Origin: Candidatus Hermodarchaeota archaeon
Lineage (GTDB): Archaea; Asgardarchaeota; Lokiarchaeia; Sigyniarchaeales; SOKP01
DNA length: 64,000 bases
Assembly: GCA_048885535.1 (NCBI GenBank)
Contig: JBHLLO010000010.1
Span: 4,741-68,740, forward strand
Reading direction: 5' to 3'
In this document: piece after piece, positions 1 through 10,073 of the stretch
Layout: every line of letters starts with the position of its first letter
Position numbering within the stretch: the first letter of the stretch is position 1
Notes under the pieces: generated by a model
The model's input: the letters and a program-made list of their open reading frames with translations, nothing else
Database searches by the model: none
What the model was told of the DNA's origin: nothing
Program-made: the position numbers and the translations under genes

Positions 1-19
1 TTTTTAATTTGATCTAATT

Positions 20-778
20 TCAAATATCTCTGATAAAATTTATTATTTCAGAAACAATTAATTTATGATCTGGACTTTCAAGAATTGAATGATCATTATT
101 TTCTAACCATATTCTTCTCTTCAGATTTGAACCAATATTTTCAAAAATATAATTCATACTTTCAGTTATTATAGTTGAATCTAAGCGTCCTTGAAGTAAT
201 AATGCCGGACATCTTATAATAGGCAAGTTTTTTTTCATTTCTTTAATAAGTTTCTTCATTTTAGTTGCTTGGTTTAGTGGTATCTTATCATAACCAACCC
301 ATTTTCCATTTGTCTCTTTTTTAAATTTTTCAATGGGAATATGGTGATATCTTATAAACAATTTAATAAATGGTACTAACTTTGCTAAAAAGGGTTTAAT
401 ACCTACTGGAGCACTTATTGTAAAAACACCATTCAAATTATGTTTACTGGCTAAAATTAATGATAGGACACCCCCCATAGAATGACCTCCAATAATTAGC
501 TTATCACACTTTGAATTAAGCAATTTTATTTCCTCATTCAACGCAATTTTCCAAGCTTCAATTGGAGTATTCTTTAAATCTTGGGGAGAAGTACCAAATC
601 CAGGAAGTAGCGGAATTTTAATTGTACAGCCATTATACCTATAAATATCTTCAGCAATATATTTCAGATCTGCACATGTTCCACCACCACCACCAGGAAT
701 CATTAATATCCCTATAGAATTACCTTGAAAATAAAAAGGACCCGCTCCCTGTAAGGTTTTTTTAGTTAATCTATTCAT
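20..778 (-). CDS. alpha/beta-fold serine hydrolase (esterase/lipase type)
   Basis: 252-aa ORF with the nucleophile-elbow motif GHSMGG and a Gly-rich oxyanion region (PGGGGG) in the usual alpha/beta-hydrolase order. Family-level call only. Confidence 0.75.
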   Translation of the reverse strand: MNRLTKKTLQGAGPFYFQGNSIGILMIPGGGGGTCADLKYIAEDIYRYNGCTIKIPLLPGFGTSPQDLKNTPIEAWKIALNEEIKLLNSKCDKLIIGGHSMGGVLSLILASKHNLNGVFTISAPVGIKPFLAKLVPFIKLFIRYHHIPIEKFKKETNGKWVGYDKIPLNQATKMKKLIKEMKKNLPIIRCPALLLQGRLDSTIITESMNYIFENIGSNLKRRIWLENNDHSILESPDHKLIVSEIINFIRDI

Positions 779-814
779 TCTAAATCATATAATTAACTCA
801 TGAAATAAAAAAAA

Positions 815-1351
815 TTACCTTTTCATTGATTTATAGCAGGGTATACACATTTTCGATCCTTGATAATCAATTAGACGAGAACTCATTGTTAGTTCATTAC
901 AAACTTCGCAAGGATCGGATTCTTCTATTTGAGCTTTTCCAGGAGGGTTAAATTCTACTTCGCTTATATTAAATACTTCTTCGGGACGAGATGACAATAA
1001 TTTCTTTATTTTCTCATCACGAGATATTTTCTTATTTTCAAAAATAGAGCTTTTTAATGCTAATCTGATTGCTGTTTTTGATTTACGATTATATATAGTG
1101 TAATTATTCTTTCCATAATCTAAGTGTATTAAATTTCCCTTTCCATATGTTGTCCCTAATAATGCCTGAATAGCATCTACACTACAATTATCATTTTCTA
1201 CAACTGCTACTAACTCCTCGTCCGCAGAAGGTTTAAAATCATTGTCTAAACTGTATTTTGCGACTAATACACCAAGAGCTACACCAGGACATATATGGCC
1301 ATGAAATATTGTAGCTTTTTTCATTAATTCTTGAACATCCAAATAAATCAC
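815..1351 (-). CDS. FmdE/FwdE-family protein with C-terminal zinc ribbon
   Basis: FHGHICPGVALG motif characteristic of the FmdE domain. C-terminal CEVC...CIPC pair of CxxC motifs. Confidence 0.75.
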   Translation of the reverse strand: MIYLDVQELMKKATIFHGHICPGVALGVLVAKYSLDNDFKPSADEELVAVVENDNCSVDAIQALLGTTYGKGNLIHLDYGKNNYTIYNRKSKTAIRLALKSSIFENKKISRDEKIKKLLSSRPEEVFNISEVEFNPPGKAQIEESDPCEVCNELTMSSRLIDYQGSKMCIPCYKSMKR

Positions 1352-1424
1352 AAAGAGTAATTTGTATTTATAAAAATTTCATTTATATTATTTATTAGAT
1401 GATATTTATATATTTTTTATAGAT

Positions 1425-1949
1425 ATGAAATTTTCCGATGAAAAGAATTGTGATTATAAATTCTTAGTAGACGCTATGCTGGGTAAATTAGCCCGCTTTT
1501 TAAGAATTTTTGGGTATGATACAATTTACGCAAATGATTTAGAAAATCATTTCAAAATTGATCCTGTTCCCGATGAACATCTAAAAAAATACGCTGAAGA
1601 GAATAATCGCATTATCATCACTAAAGATCATCATTTTTATCATAAAACAAAATACAAAAGTGTGTATGTAGAAGGAGAAGGTATTTATAATTACCTAAAT
1701 CAACTTAAAAAAAAGTTAGATTTACATTATGAATTTGACTTAAATAAAGCCAGATGCTCTAAATGTAATTCTCAATTACAAAAAGTTAGTGATAAAAATT
1801 CAATAAAAGAATTTGTCTTAACAGAAACTTATAGGAGTTATGATGAATTCTATCAATGTACTTCTTTAGATTGCAAAAAAGTATTTTGGAATGGGCCCCA
1901 TATTTTACACATAACTAATAACTTGAAGAAAAAATTAAATACTAAATAA
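1425..1949 (+). CDS. Mut7-C/DUF82-type PIN-like nuclease domain protein with Zn ribbon
   Basis: N-terminal LVDAMLGKLARFLRIFGYDT signature. C-terminal CSKCNS...CTSLDCKKVFWNGPH zinc-ribbon segment, typical of this family. Confidence 0.65.
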   Translation: MKFSDEKNCDYKFLVDAMLGKLARFLRIFGYDTIYANDLENHFKIDPVPDEHLKKYAEENNRIIITKDHHFYHKTKYKSVYVEGEGIYNYLNQLKKKLDLHYEFDLNKARCSKCNSQLQKVSDKNSIKEFVLTETYRSYDEFYQCTSLDCKKVFWNGPHILHITNNLKKKLNTK

Positions 1950-2180
1950 TTATTCGCTTTTAAAATAAGTTTGCTTTATTTGCTGAAACTTTTTCTTGGT
2001 GTCTTCAGCTTCTTCTATACAATTACCCTTTATATACATATTATATGCTTGGTTTAATAACTCAAGGGTCTTTTTATATTCTTTATTCTTAAAATGATTT
2101 TCAGAAAGCTCTACTAAATAATCTCCTTTTTTCTTATAAAATGCCATAAAATCTTTAGAAGTATCAATTTTTTTATCCAT
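1950..2180 (-). CDS. hypothetical small helical protein
   Basis: 76-aa ORF that fills the gap between neighbours. No recognisable motif. Confidence 0.3.
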   Translation of the reverse strand: MDKKIDTSKDFMAFYKKKGDYLVELSENHFKNKEYKKTLELLNQAYNMYIKGNCIEEAEDTKKKFQQIKQTYFKSE

Positions 2181-2263
2181 GTGATTTATCTCTTGAAAAT
2201 TTTCTAGGAATATATTATAATGTATGTTCTTGATAATAATAAAAGTAACGAAATTTCTTATAA

Positions 2264-3697
2264 CTATATTTTTTCTGCTTTCTCCCTAAAATCCTTCATA
2301 TTAATCACTTTATTTTTTAGACGGGATTCTTCAGCAGCAAAAGCCATCAAATGACTTTCTAAGGATGCGCGAGCATTAGTTAAAGGTTGTCTTTTTTTCT
2401 TTTTTATGAGTGATTTGATAAAATCATCAATTAATTTTGGATTAGCTCCACTATTTTCTTCGGATTTTAGGGCTAACTTTTTTTGATGAATAATTTTTTC
2501 CTTTCCAGACAAAAAATCATATAGCTTGATTAACTCTCCTGACTCATGAAATTCTCCTATTATTGTTGCTTGAGTCCCATCTATCCTAATTACGCGTCCT
2601 TCTTGTTCACTGAAGCCATTCATTGTCAAATTAGCAGTTACTCCCTTTTTAAATTCGATATTCACAATTTGATGGTCCACAACATCATTATTACACTGAT
2701 ATACACAGCGACCATAAGGACTATTTTTCAGTATTTCAGTTTTTGATTCATCGGAATAATCTTCTTTCTGATCTTCATACAAGTAATAGATCGGAAAATC
2801 CCTCCAGTATCTCAATCTTTTTAAAGGAGTTATAAACTTTGATAAATAAGTGAGTAGTTTTACATGATTCTTTCTTAGTTTTGCCAATATTTTTAGGAAC
2901 TTATTATTACTTTTCAGCATAATCTGCAGTATTGGAATGACATCTATATATATCCTTGGAGCATAATATAAGCAAGTACTTTTTGCAGGGCAACCATTTA
3001 AACAATATTCTGGAGCTCCCTCGGGTGCATTCTCTTGTCTAAAATGTAACAAATTACCAAAGGATTGTATTTTTATTGGAACATCATCAGTAAGCCAATA
3101 GAGAAGATCTAAATCATGGCAACACTTAGCTAAGATCATAGGTGAAGAATCTGCGGATCTTGCCCATGGCCCTCTCACATAACTATGTGCTGTATGGTAC
3201 CACATAATATTCTCTCTATGTGTTATATTAACAATATCTCCTATGCAACCTTCACGAATTAATCTGTAAATCTTAGAAAAAAAATCAGTATATCTTAATA
3301 CATGCCCGATCCCTAAAATTCTACCTGTTTCTTCAACTTTTTTAACTATTTGGACACAATCCTCCAATTTATGAGCCATTGGCTTTTCTAAGAGTATATC
3401 GTATCCCTTCTCAAGAGCTTTTATAGTAGGTTGAGTATGCATTTGATCCTGAGTACAAATAAAAGCCACATCAGCAAGCTTATCTTTCTCTAATAAGCTC
3501 TTCCAGGACTTATAACAATTTTCCTTCGAAATCTCATGAAGTAAGGCAAATTTTTTACGCCTAGATTCTATAGGTTCAGCAACAGCCACAAATTTTAACT
3601 TGTTTTTGTTTTTTAGGGCATAATCTCCATAAATTTCGACTCCTCGCCTACCAGCTCCAATCAATACAGCAGTTATGGGGGTTCCCATATATTTCAA
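2264..3697 (-). CDS. Gfo/Idh/MocA-family NAD(P)-dependent oxidoreductase with long C-terminal extension
   Basis: N-terminal Rossmann motif VLIGAGRRG and conserved EKP motif (LLEKPMA). At 477 aa it is longer than typical family members. Confidence 0.75.
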   Translation of the reverse strand: MKYMGTPITAVLIGAGRRGVEIYGDYALKNKNKLKFVAVAEPIESRRKKFALLHEISKENCYKSWKSLLEKDKLADVAFICTQDQMHTQPTIKALEKGYDILLEKPMAHKLEDCVQIVKKVEETGRILGIGHVLRYTDFFSKIYRLIREGCIGDIVNITHRENIMWYHTAHSYVRGPWARSADSSPMILAKCCHDLDLLYWLTDDVPIKIQSFGNLLHFRQENAPEGAPEYCLNGCPAKSTCLYYAPRIYIDVIPILQIMLKSNNKFLKILAKLRKNHVKLLTYLSKFITPLKRLRYWRDFPIYYLYEDQKEDYSDESKTEILKNSPYGRCVYQCNNDVVDHQIVNIEFKKGVTANLTMNGFSEQEGRVIRIDGTQATIIGEFHESGELIKLYDFLSGKEKIIHQKKLALKSEENSGANPKLIDDFIKSLIKKKKRQPLTNARASLESHLMAFAAEESRLKNKVINMKDFREKAEKI

Positions 3698-3709
3698 ACC
3701 TATTTATAA

Positions 3710-4822
3710 TTATAGTATTGAAGGTATCTTTCCTTCTACTAATAAATAATCTAATAAAACAATAGCAGTCATTGCTTCAATGACTACAATAATACGAGGT
3801 ACAATACAAGGATCATGTCTTCCTTCTATTTGGATTATCTCTTCCTCCATTGTTTTAATATTTATGGTTTTTTGGGGTAGTTTAATTGAAGGAGTGGGTT
3901 TTACTGCTACTGTAAATTCTATAGGCATGCCTATTGAAATACCTCCTATTATACCTCCCGAATCATTTTTTTCCGTTAAGATCTTACCATTTTGAAGAAT
4001 CCAAGGATCATTATGCTCAGATCCTTTCATCTGAGCAGCGTTAAAACCTGCTCCAAATTCTATCCCCTTTATAGCAGGAATTGCAAAAATGGCTTTACTA
4101 AGATTAGATTCAATGCTATTAAAAATTGGACCTCCAATACCAGGTGGGAAATTGATGGCAACACATTTAACTAATCCACCCACTGAATTTCCCTCATTTT
4201 TCACTTTTTCGATTTCGTCAACCATATCTTTAGATAAACCAGTATTTAATGCTTTAACAAGTGAACTCTCTCTGATTCTAAAAAGATTCTCATAATCCTT
4301 AAACTCATAATTTATCTCATCTACAATTGATCCTATTCCTTTTGTGTATGCGAATATCATTATATTATATCTCATTAAAACTTGTTTTGCTAATGCTCCC
4401 GCCATAACGAAACTAGCTGAAACTCTTCCAGAAAAATGTCCAGATCCTCTATAGTCTGCGAAGCCGCCAAATTTTTTAAAGGAAGAAAAATCAGTTTGAG
4501 ATGGTCTCAGTAAATTTTTGATTTTTTCATATTGTGAAGAATCTCTATCCTTATTTTCAATAATAAGACATACGGGGGCTCCAGTTGTTTTGTTGTTGAA
4601 AATTCCTGACAATACAATTGCCTTATCTGGTTCTTTTCTGGATGACGTTAAATAGGAGAGTCCAGGCTTCCTTAAGTCTAATTCTTTTTGAATTGAACTT
4701 AGATTAAAATCTAAACCTGCTGGAATACCATCAACTATAACTCCTATTACTTCCCCATGGCTTTCTCCAAAAGTAGTCACTTTTAAAACATTACCAAACG
4801 TATTATCTCCCATTATTAACAC
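3710..4822 (-). CDS. aroC: chorismate synthase
   Basis: FGESHG motif near the N-terminus and GRHDPC near the C-terminus. Length is about 370 aa. The start could be the internal M three codons downstream. Confidence 0.9.
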   Translation of the reverse strand: MLIMGDNTFGNVLKVTTFGESHGEVIGVIVDGIPAGLDFNLSSIQKELDLRKPGLSYLTSSRKEPDKAIVLSGIFNNKTTGAPVCLIIENKDRDSSQYEKIKNLLRPSQTDFSSFKKFGGFADYRGSGHFSGRVSASFVMAGALAKQVLMRYNIMIFAYTKGIGSIVDEINYEFKDYENLFRIRESSLVKALNTGLSKDMVDEIEKVKNEGNSVGGLVKCVAINFPPGIGGPIFNSIESNLSKAIFAIPAIKGIEFGAGFNAAQMKGSEHNDPWILQNGKILTEKNDSGGIIGGISIGMPIEFTVAVKPTPSIKLPQKTINIKTMEEEIIQIEGRHDPCIVPRIIVVIEAMTAIVLLDYLLVEGKIPSIL

Positions 4823-4908
4823 TTTTAAGAAAGATTGTTTAAATTAATATTATATCCTTAATTTTCTTAATTTTTTATTCAAATAATATTGTGTTAGTTA
4901 ACATAAAA

Positions 4909-6228
4909 ATGAATACAAAAATTAATCCGATTAAATCCCTAAATGGAGAGATAATTGCTCCCCCTTCTAAAAGTTATTCACATCGTGTATTTATAGCCGC
5001 TAGTTTAGCTGAAGGGATTTCAATTATTAAAAATCCTTTGACGGTTGGAGATGTAGGAATTACTATTGAAATATTAAAAAAATTGGGAACTAGAATCGTA
5101 AAGGTAGGAAATAATACTTATATGGTTAAGAGAATTGAAAAAAATCTTAAAAGGAGTGAAGACGTGTTAGATTGTAAAAACTCTGGTACTTCTATAAGAA
5201 TTTTTAGTGTTTTATCGCTTTTAATTGAAGGTGGCCTTTCATTTACGGGTGATTTCCTTAAAAAGGAAAGACCTATTCGTCCCCTTTTAGAATCCTTAAA
5301 TGAATTAGGTGCTAAATATAAATTATCAGAAAACATCTTATCTATCAAGAGAGTTAATAATAATTGTAATATCATTAGGATACCAGGAGACATAAGTTCA
5401 CAGTTTATAACTTCTCTATTAATGATATGCCCTATATTAAATTGTGAAAATAAAGAATATATAACAATTGAAGTGATCAGTCCTATTATCTCATATCCTT
5501 ATATAGAAATTACTAAATATGTTTTAGACTCGTTTGGAATAAATGTTTTAGAGGACTTGAATCATGAAAAAGTTGGAAGATATTATATTAATAGCCCTCA
5601 AAGTTATAGAACACAAATATTTGAGATCCCTGGAGATTTTTCCTCCATAGCAAATATAATAGCTGCTACAATCCTAGCACCTGAAGATTCCAGAGTAGTT
5701 ATCCATGGCTTAAATTTTGAAAAACCACAAGGTGATAGAAAAATAATAGAAATACTATGTAAAATGGGGGCGAATATTAAAATTGAACCAAAAGAAAATC
5801 AGATAATTATTTATGGGAATCGAAATAAATTTGTTTTAAAAGGAATAGACATAGACATTCAAGATAATCCTGATTTATTTCCTATATTATCTGTTGTTGG
5901 AGCATTTGCGAAAGGTAAAACAACTTTATATAATGGCACCAACCTTGAAATGAAAGAAAGTGACCGAATCTCTGTAGTTACTGAATTACTGACGAAAATG
6001 GGAGTTAAAGTTAAACAAGAAAGGCATAAATTAACTGTCTATCATTGTGAAAAATTGAAAGGTTCAATAATGAATCATGAACAAGATCATAGAATTGCTA
6101 TGGCTTTTATAATAGCGTCACTATATGCGGAGTCTAGTTCTCAAATCAAAAATATCAATATAGTAGCGGATTCTTATCCCAATTTCCTTGTGGATCTGAA
6201 TAAATTAGGGGCAAAAATAGAAAATTAA
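4909..6228 (+). CDS. aroA: 3-phosphoshikimate 1-carboxyvinyltransferase (EPSP synthase)
   Basis: PPSKSYSHR N-terminal motif, GDISSQF and DHRIAMAF motifs. The track ORF starts at GTG 4891; ATG at 4909 is the more likely start. Confidence 0.9.
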   Translation: MNTKINPIKSLNGEIIAPPSKSYSHRVFIAASLAEGISIIKNPLTVGDVGITIEILKKLGTRIVKVGNNTYMVKRIEKNLKRSEDVLDCKNSGTSIRIFSVLSLLIEGGLSFTGDFLKKERPIRPLLESLNELGAKYKLSENILSIKRVNNNCNIIRIPGDISSQFITSLLMICPILNCENKEYITIEVISPIISYPYIEITKYVLDSFGINVLEDLNHEKVGRYYINSPQSYRTQIFEIPGDFSSIANIIAATILAPEDSRVVIHGLNFEKPQGDRKIIEILCKMGANIKIEPKENQIIIYGNRNKFVLKGIDIDIQDNPDLFPILSVVGAFAKGKTTLYNGTNLEMKESDRISVVTELLTKMGVKVKQERHKLTVYHCEKLKGSIMNHEQDHRIAMAFIIASLYAESSSQIKNINIVADSYPNFLVDLNKLGAKIEN

Positions 6229-6236
6229 TAAGTTTA

Positions 6237-6653
6237 TTATCTAAATGATTTCTGTCTTCTTTTTCTTGCTTTTTTACCACCAAAATGTTTAGGTTCAATT
6301 CTTCTAGAATCTCCAGAAAGTAATGATTCATCATATTCTCTAAAAGCCTTTTCAATAGCTTTAGTATTTATAAATTTATAAATAGCTTTCGCAATTGCTA
6401 TTCGTGTTGCATCTGTTTGACCCATTTTTCCGCCACCCTTTACTTCAACTCTAATATCACATTTTTTTATCTTTGGATGCTCTATGACTTCTAAAACTTC
6501 TTGGATTCTTAATCTAGCAATTTCAGGTTCATAAGCTTCTAATGGTATATTATTGATTTTTATCTGGCCTTTAGCAGGAAACCTTAATACGGCTCTTGCT
6601 ATAGCAGTTTTCCTTTTTCCTGAGGATTGCACAATTTTAGTTTTTTCAGACAT
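6237..6653 (-). CDS. rps9: 30S ribosomal protein uS9
   Basis: GKRKTAIARA and GGGxxGQxxA motifs with a basic C-terminus ending in R. It sits directly downstream of uL13, as in the conserved archaeal cluster. Confidence 0.95.
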   Translation of the reverse strand: MSEKTKIVQSSGKRKTAIARAVLRFPAKGQIKINNIPLEAYEPEIARLRIQEVLEVIEHPKIKKCDIRVEVKGGGKMGQTDATRIAIAKAIYKFINTKAIEKAFREYDESLLSGDSRRIEPKHFGGKKARKRRQKSFR

Positions 6654-6655
6654 GT

Positions 6656-7129
6656 TTATTGAACCTTTACTTCTTTATTTTCCCATCCAAGTCGTGAACA
6701 TAAGTTTTCTAAGGTAATGTATCTATTATAATAAGAAAGGCGTCTCTTATCTGCATTAGGTATCTCCATTGGAGTTAACTTTTGGTATCTTTTTTGAAAG
6801 CGCTCTGGAATGTCGCTAACATAAACGTGTACTCTCTTAATAGCATCTTTTCCTCGTATTTTCTTCCTAGGTAACATTTTTTTAATCACTTTTCTCATGA
6901 AAGTATCAGGTTTTCTTGGCCAAAATGGACCACGAGTAGGATTGGTAGCAGTACTAATATTTAATTTGTCCAAATACTTATTATGAATATTACTCTTAGT
7001 TCCGCTAACTATTGCGTATTTAGCATTGAAAATCACTACTTTTTCTCCAAGCAAGACTTTTTTTGCTACCTGACTGCAAAAGCGACCTAATATTTTATCT
7101 TTAGCATCTAACAATAAATATTCCTGCAT
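6656..7129 (-). CDS. rpl13: 50S ribosomal protein uL13
   Basis: ILGRFCSQVAKKVLLGEKVVIFNA N-terminal pattern typical of archaeal L13. Synteny with eL18 and uS9. Confidence 0.95.
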   Translation of the reverse strand: MQEYLLLDAKDKILGRFCSQVAKKVLLGEKVVIFNAKYAIVSGTKSNIHNKYLDKLNISTATNPTRGPFWPRKPDTFMRKVIKKMLPRKKIRGKDAIKRVHVYVSDIPERFQKRYQKLTPMEIPNADKRRLSYYNRYITLENLCSRLGWENKEVKVQ

Positions 7130-7153
7130 TTCGATTCACTTCTTAATTGAATT

Positions 7154-7510
7154 TTAATAAAATACTTTAACATCTTTCCCTTCAGGATTTTGTTCCAATA
7201 ATTCTTCGATAGATACGATCTTACTCCCTGAATTTTCAATTTTTTTCTGTGCTGGCTTTGAACAATCTAAGCAAGCAATTGTTATTTTATGATTTAAATC
7301 TCCAACTCCTAAAACTTTTCCTGGGACTACGATCACATCATTTTCCTTAGTCTTTTTGTTAATTCTATATAAATTTGCTTCTATACGATTTCTTCTTGGA
7401 CCGGATAACTTTTTTGAGATTTTTTTCCAAATTCGTCTCTTAGTCTTCCTTAAATCTCTGATTAGTTTTCTGTTGTAATAATTTGAAGGACCTGTAACTC
7501 TATGACTCAT
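7154..7510 (-). CDS. rpl18e: 50S ribosomal protein eL18 (L18e)
   Basis: 118-aa basic protein with GPRRNR and VVVPGKVLG motifs. Positioned between rpoD and uL13. Confidence 0.9.
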   Translation of the reverse strand: MSHRVTGPSNYYNRKLIRDLRKTKRRIWKKISKKLSGPRRNRIEANLYRINKKTKENDVIVVPGKVLGVGDLNHKITIACLDCSKPAQKKIENSGSKIVSIEELLEQNPEGKDVKVFY

Positions 7511-7586
7511 TTTTGTAAATACTTTCTTATTAATTCGTAAAATATGGGATGTAAAATTTAGGATATTATAATAAATTTTTGATTGA

Positions 7587-8426
7587 TTAAGATTCTATTT
7601 CAAGTTCCTCTAATTTAGTAATAAATTCATTAATTTTTTCGTCAAATATCTCAAAACTTTTCTTAATTATAATATTGAAAGGTAGCATTCCGTCACTTTC
7701 TATTGAAAATATGTATGAATTTTCTTTATGACGTACTGTGATTTTCTTATCAGAATTTTTCTCACATGATTGACAGAAATTACACGTTTTCCAATAGTCC
7801 TCCTTTATTTTCAATGTATTTTTGGATGTTAACTCAAAAAGTTTTTCAGGGCACATTCTCACAATTAATTTTTTTTGCTCTACATCCTTTAAATCATTTT
7901 CATTGAATTCCACAATAGGATAATACCTGAAGGCGACATTTGAAACTGCTTGCCATTTAGCATGATCTCTTGCAATTCCTAATATAGCATAGGCTTCTAA
8001 AATCACCTGGTTGTTTTTATCAATCTTTACTAATGGAATATTTTGATCTACAGGAATTATCTTAGGATCATTTGACTTTAAATCTCCTGAATAAATATCT
8101 ATTGGAGTATTAGTTGTATTTGTAATTTCTAAAGTTAATGAGACTTGGCAAAGTGGACAGCCATAACCCGAGCATTCACAGGAATTTGGAAGTTTATATG
8201 CATCTAAGTCTGTGCTAAGAGGGATTAATCCAATTCTGTGAGCTAGAATCTCATCATAAAGAGGGCTATCGTTTTTAAGGATTATAACCTCATCCACTGC
8301 CATAACTGGAATTTCTGTTAATATAATTCGCCGTAATGCATTAACCATTTCAATGGAAATCCCTTCAATTACAAATATTAATTCATGTGGTGTCTGTTCA
8401 ATTACATTAAGATTTAATGGGCTCAT
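7587..8426 (-). CDS. rpoD: DNA-directed RNA polymerase subunit D (Rpo3) with Cys-rich domains
   Basis: N-terminal alpha-like dimerisation motif (NALRRIILTEIP). Two Cys clusters: CECSGYGCPLC, and CP...CNFCQSC. Conserved position upstream of eL18. Confidence 0.9.
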   Translation of the reverse strand: MSPLNLNVIEQTPHELIFVIEGISIEMVNALRRIILTEIPVMAVDEVIILKNDSPLYDEILAHRIGLIPLSTDLDAYKLPNSCECSGYGCPLCQVSLTLEITNTTNTPIDIYSGDLKSNDPKIIPVDQNIPLVKIDKNNQVILEAYAILGIARDHAKWQAVSNVAFRYYPIVEFNENDLKDVEQKKLIVRMCPEKLFELTSKNTLKIKEDYWKTCNFCQSCEKNSDKKITVRHKENSYIFSIESDGMLPFNIIIKKSFEIFDEKINEFITKLEELEIES

Positions 8427-8529
8427 CGTTTTAATAACTCAAAAGGATAATATTAGTTTAAGAATATATTTTCAAATACGTAATTTAAGATAAATTTTTC
8501 TATTCTTAAAAAAAGAAGAATAATATAAA

Positions 8530-9858
8530 TCAATAAAACTTGAAATATTCATATGCGATATTTGGACTTTGGAAACAATATTTTACTTCCTGAAAATCCT
8601 GCCTGAATTCAGCAATTTCTTGTTTAACCTCTTTAGGATCCTTATTATCAATCAATATTTTTTTTATAAATTCAGCAATATCTTCCATCTCATTCTTTCC
8701 CATCCCAAGTCTAGTAACTTCGGAAGTTCCAATTCTCAACCCACCTGGATTTTGATAATGTCTACCCTGAGCAATGTCATATGGTAAAAGGTTTCGATTA
8801 AGGATTATATTTGCCTCTTCCAAAACTTTCTCTATATCTCCCCCTAGCCCAATTCTTTCCTGGAAATCTGTAATATCTACAACAATTTGATGAGATTCTG
8901 TAAAACCCTTATGTTCCATTAATACATTTATTCCACGCTCATATAAAGCTTGACCAAGAGTTTTTGCATTATTGATGACATTCATATGGTATTCTTTTCC
9001 AAATTCAAGCATCTCTGCCAATGCGATAGCTAATCCAGCTACATTATGCAGGTGATGATTAGAGAGAAGGGCAGGGAATGCACAAGATCTTAGGGTAGGA
9101 ATTAAATCTTCTCTATTTGACACTAAAGCACCATGTTGAGGTCCTGGAAGCGTTTTATGTGTGCTCATTGTCATGGCATCTGCTCCTTCCCTTAATGGAT
9201 CTTGAAAGAACCCTGATCCAATCAATCCTGCAACGTGGGCTGCATCATATCCTACATAAGCTCCAACTTCTTTGGCTACATCACCTAATTCTTGAACTGG
9301 ATGAGGGAATAGAAATACTGAACCTCCAAATAAAACCAATTCTGGCTTGAACTCTCTAATAATCTTTGCAGAAGCATCAATATCCAGATTCATCTCATCG
9401 TTATCAAAAGCAAGATATTCAACATTTAATCCCCTAGTTGTTCCAGCAGTGCCAAAAATCTCTCTCCCACTCTTTGCAAACCTAGGACCATGAGAAATAT
9501 GTCCTCCTCTAACAATAGACATACAACACATCTTTCCATTATTATCTGATGTAAAAGCATTATACATAGTTAAATTTGCAACGACCCCCGAAACAGGACG
9601 AACATCTGCATGAATAGATTTAAAATATTTATTAGCTAAATCCATACAAATATCTTCTATTTTGTCTATATATTTACACCCAGCATATACACGTTCCCCA
9701 CTCCATCCTTCAGCATATCGATGACTAAAATCACAACTACAAGCTTCATCTACTGCTGGGCTTGTAATATTCTCTGAAGCAATTAAGGGAATACTCTTTT
9801 TGAACCAATCATGATGTTCTAGTAATAAATTTCTAATTTCTTCAACTTTCTTTTTCAC
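8530..9858 (-). CDS. glyA: serine hydroxymethyltransferase
   Basis: PLP-lysine motif STHKTLPGP, LIASEN N-terminal motif, 442 aa. Confidence 0.95.
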   Translation of the reverse strand: MKKKVEEIRNLLLEHHDWFKKSIPLIASENITSPAVDEACSCDFSHRYAEGWSGERVYAGCKYIDKIEDICMDLANKYFKSIHADVRPVSGVVANLTMYNAFTSDNNGKMCCMSIVRGGHISHGPRFAKSGREIFGTAGTTRGLNVEYLAFDNDEMNLDIDASAKIIREFKPELVLFGGSVFLFPHPVQELGDVAKEVGAYVGYDAAHVAGLIGSGFFQDPLREGADAMTMSTHKTLPGPQHGALVSNREDLIPTLRSCAFPALLSNHHLHNVAGLAIALAEMLEFGKEYHMNVINNAKTLGQALYERGINVLMEHKGFTESHQIVVDITDFQERIGLGGDIEKVLEEANIILNRNLLPYDIAQGRHYQNPGGLRIGTSEVTRLGMGKNEMEDIAEFIKKILIDNKDPKEVKQEIAEFRQDFQEVKYCFQSPNIAYEYFKFY

Positions 9859-10073
9859 TTCTGATCCAACCTTCTAAATAGAATTTGAAATTGTTAAATT
9901 AATAATAAATCACCAATTTTTTTAAATCTTATCTCAAAATAAAAGATTTAATATATTTATGCTATTAAAATGAAGGTTTTAACTTAAAATCGATCAACTT
10001 CTTTAAAAGTTTCTGAAATAATTAACAATTAAGTTAAGATTTTCAAGATCTAAATAAGATGTGCTATTTTAGC

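Noticed and set aside
2546-5393. Short opposite-strand ORFs within the oxidoreductase, aroC and aroA genes (2546-2746, 3780-3995, 3992-4174, 4089-4295, 5118-5393)
   Set aside because: They are shadows of confidently identified genes. The same reasoning applies to the other 60-80-aa antisense ORFs in the track (for example 8569-8787, 9117-9350, 15741-15923, 17243-17452, 18503-18745, 19938-20311, 22013-22451, 23021-23212, 26105-26287, 26950-27343, 28140-28358, 38031-38264, 38492-38680, 40382-40585, 44629-44853, 46581-46775, 48732-48917, 49266-49484, 50142-50351, 58475-58699, 60521-60736, 60817-61005, 63613-63834).
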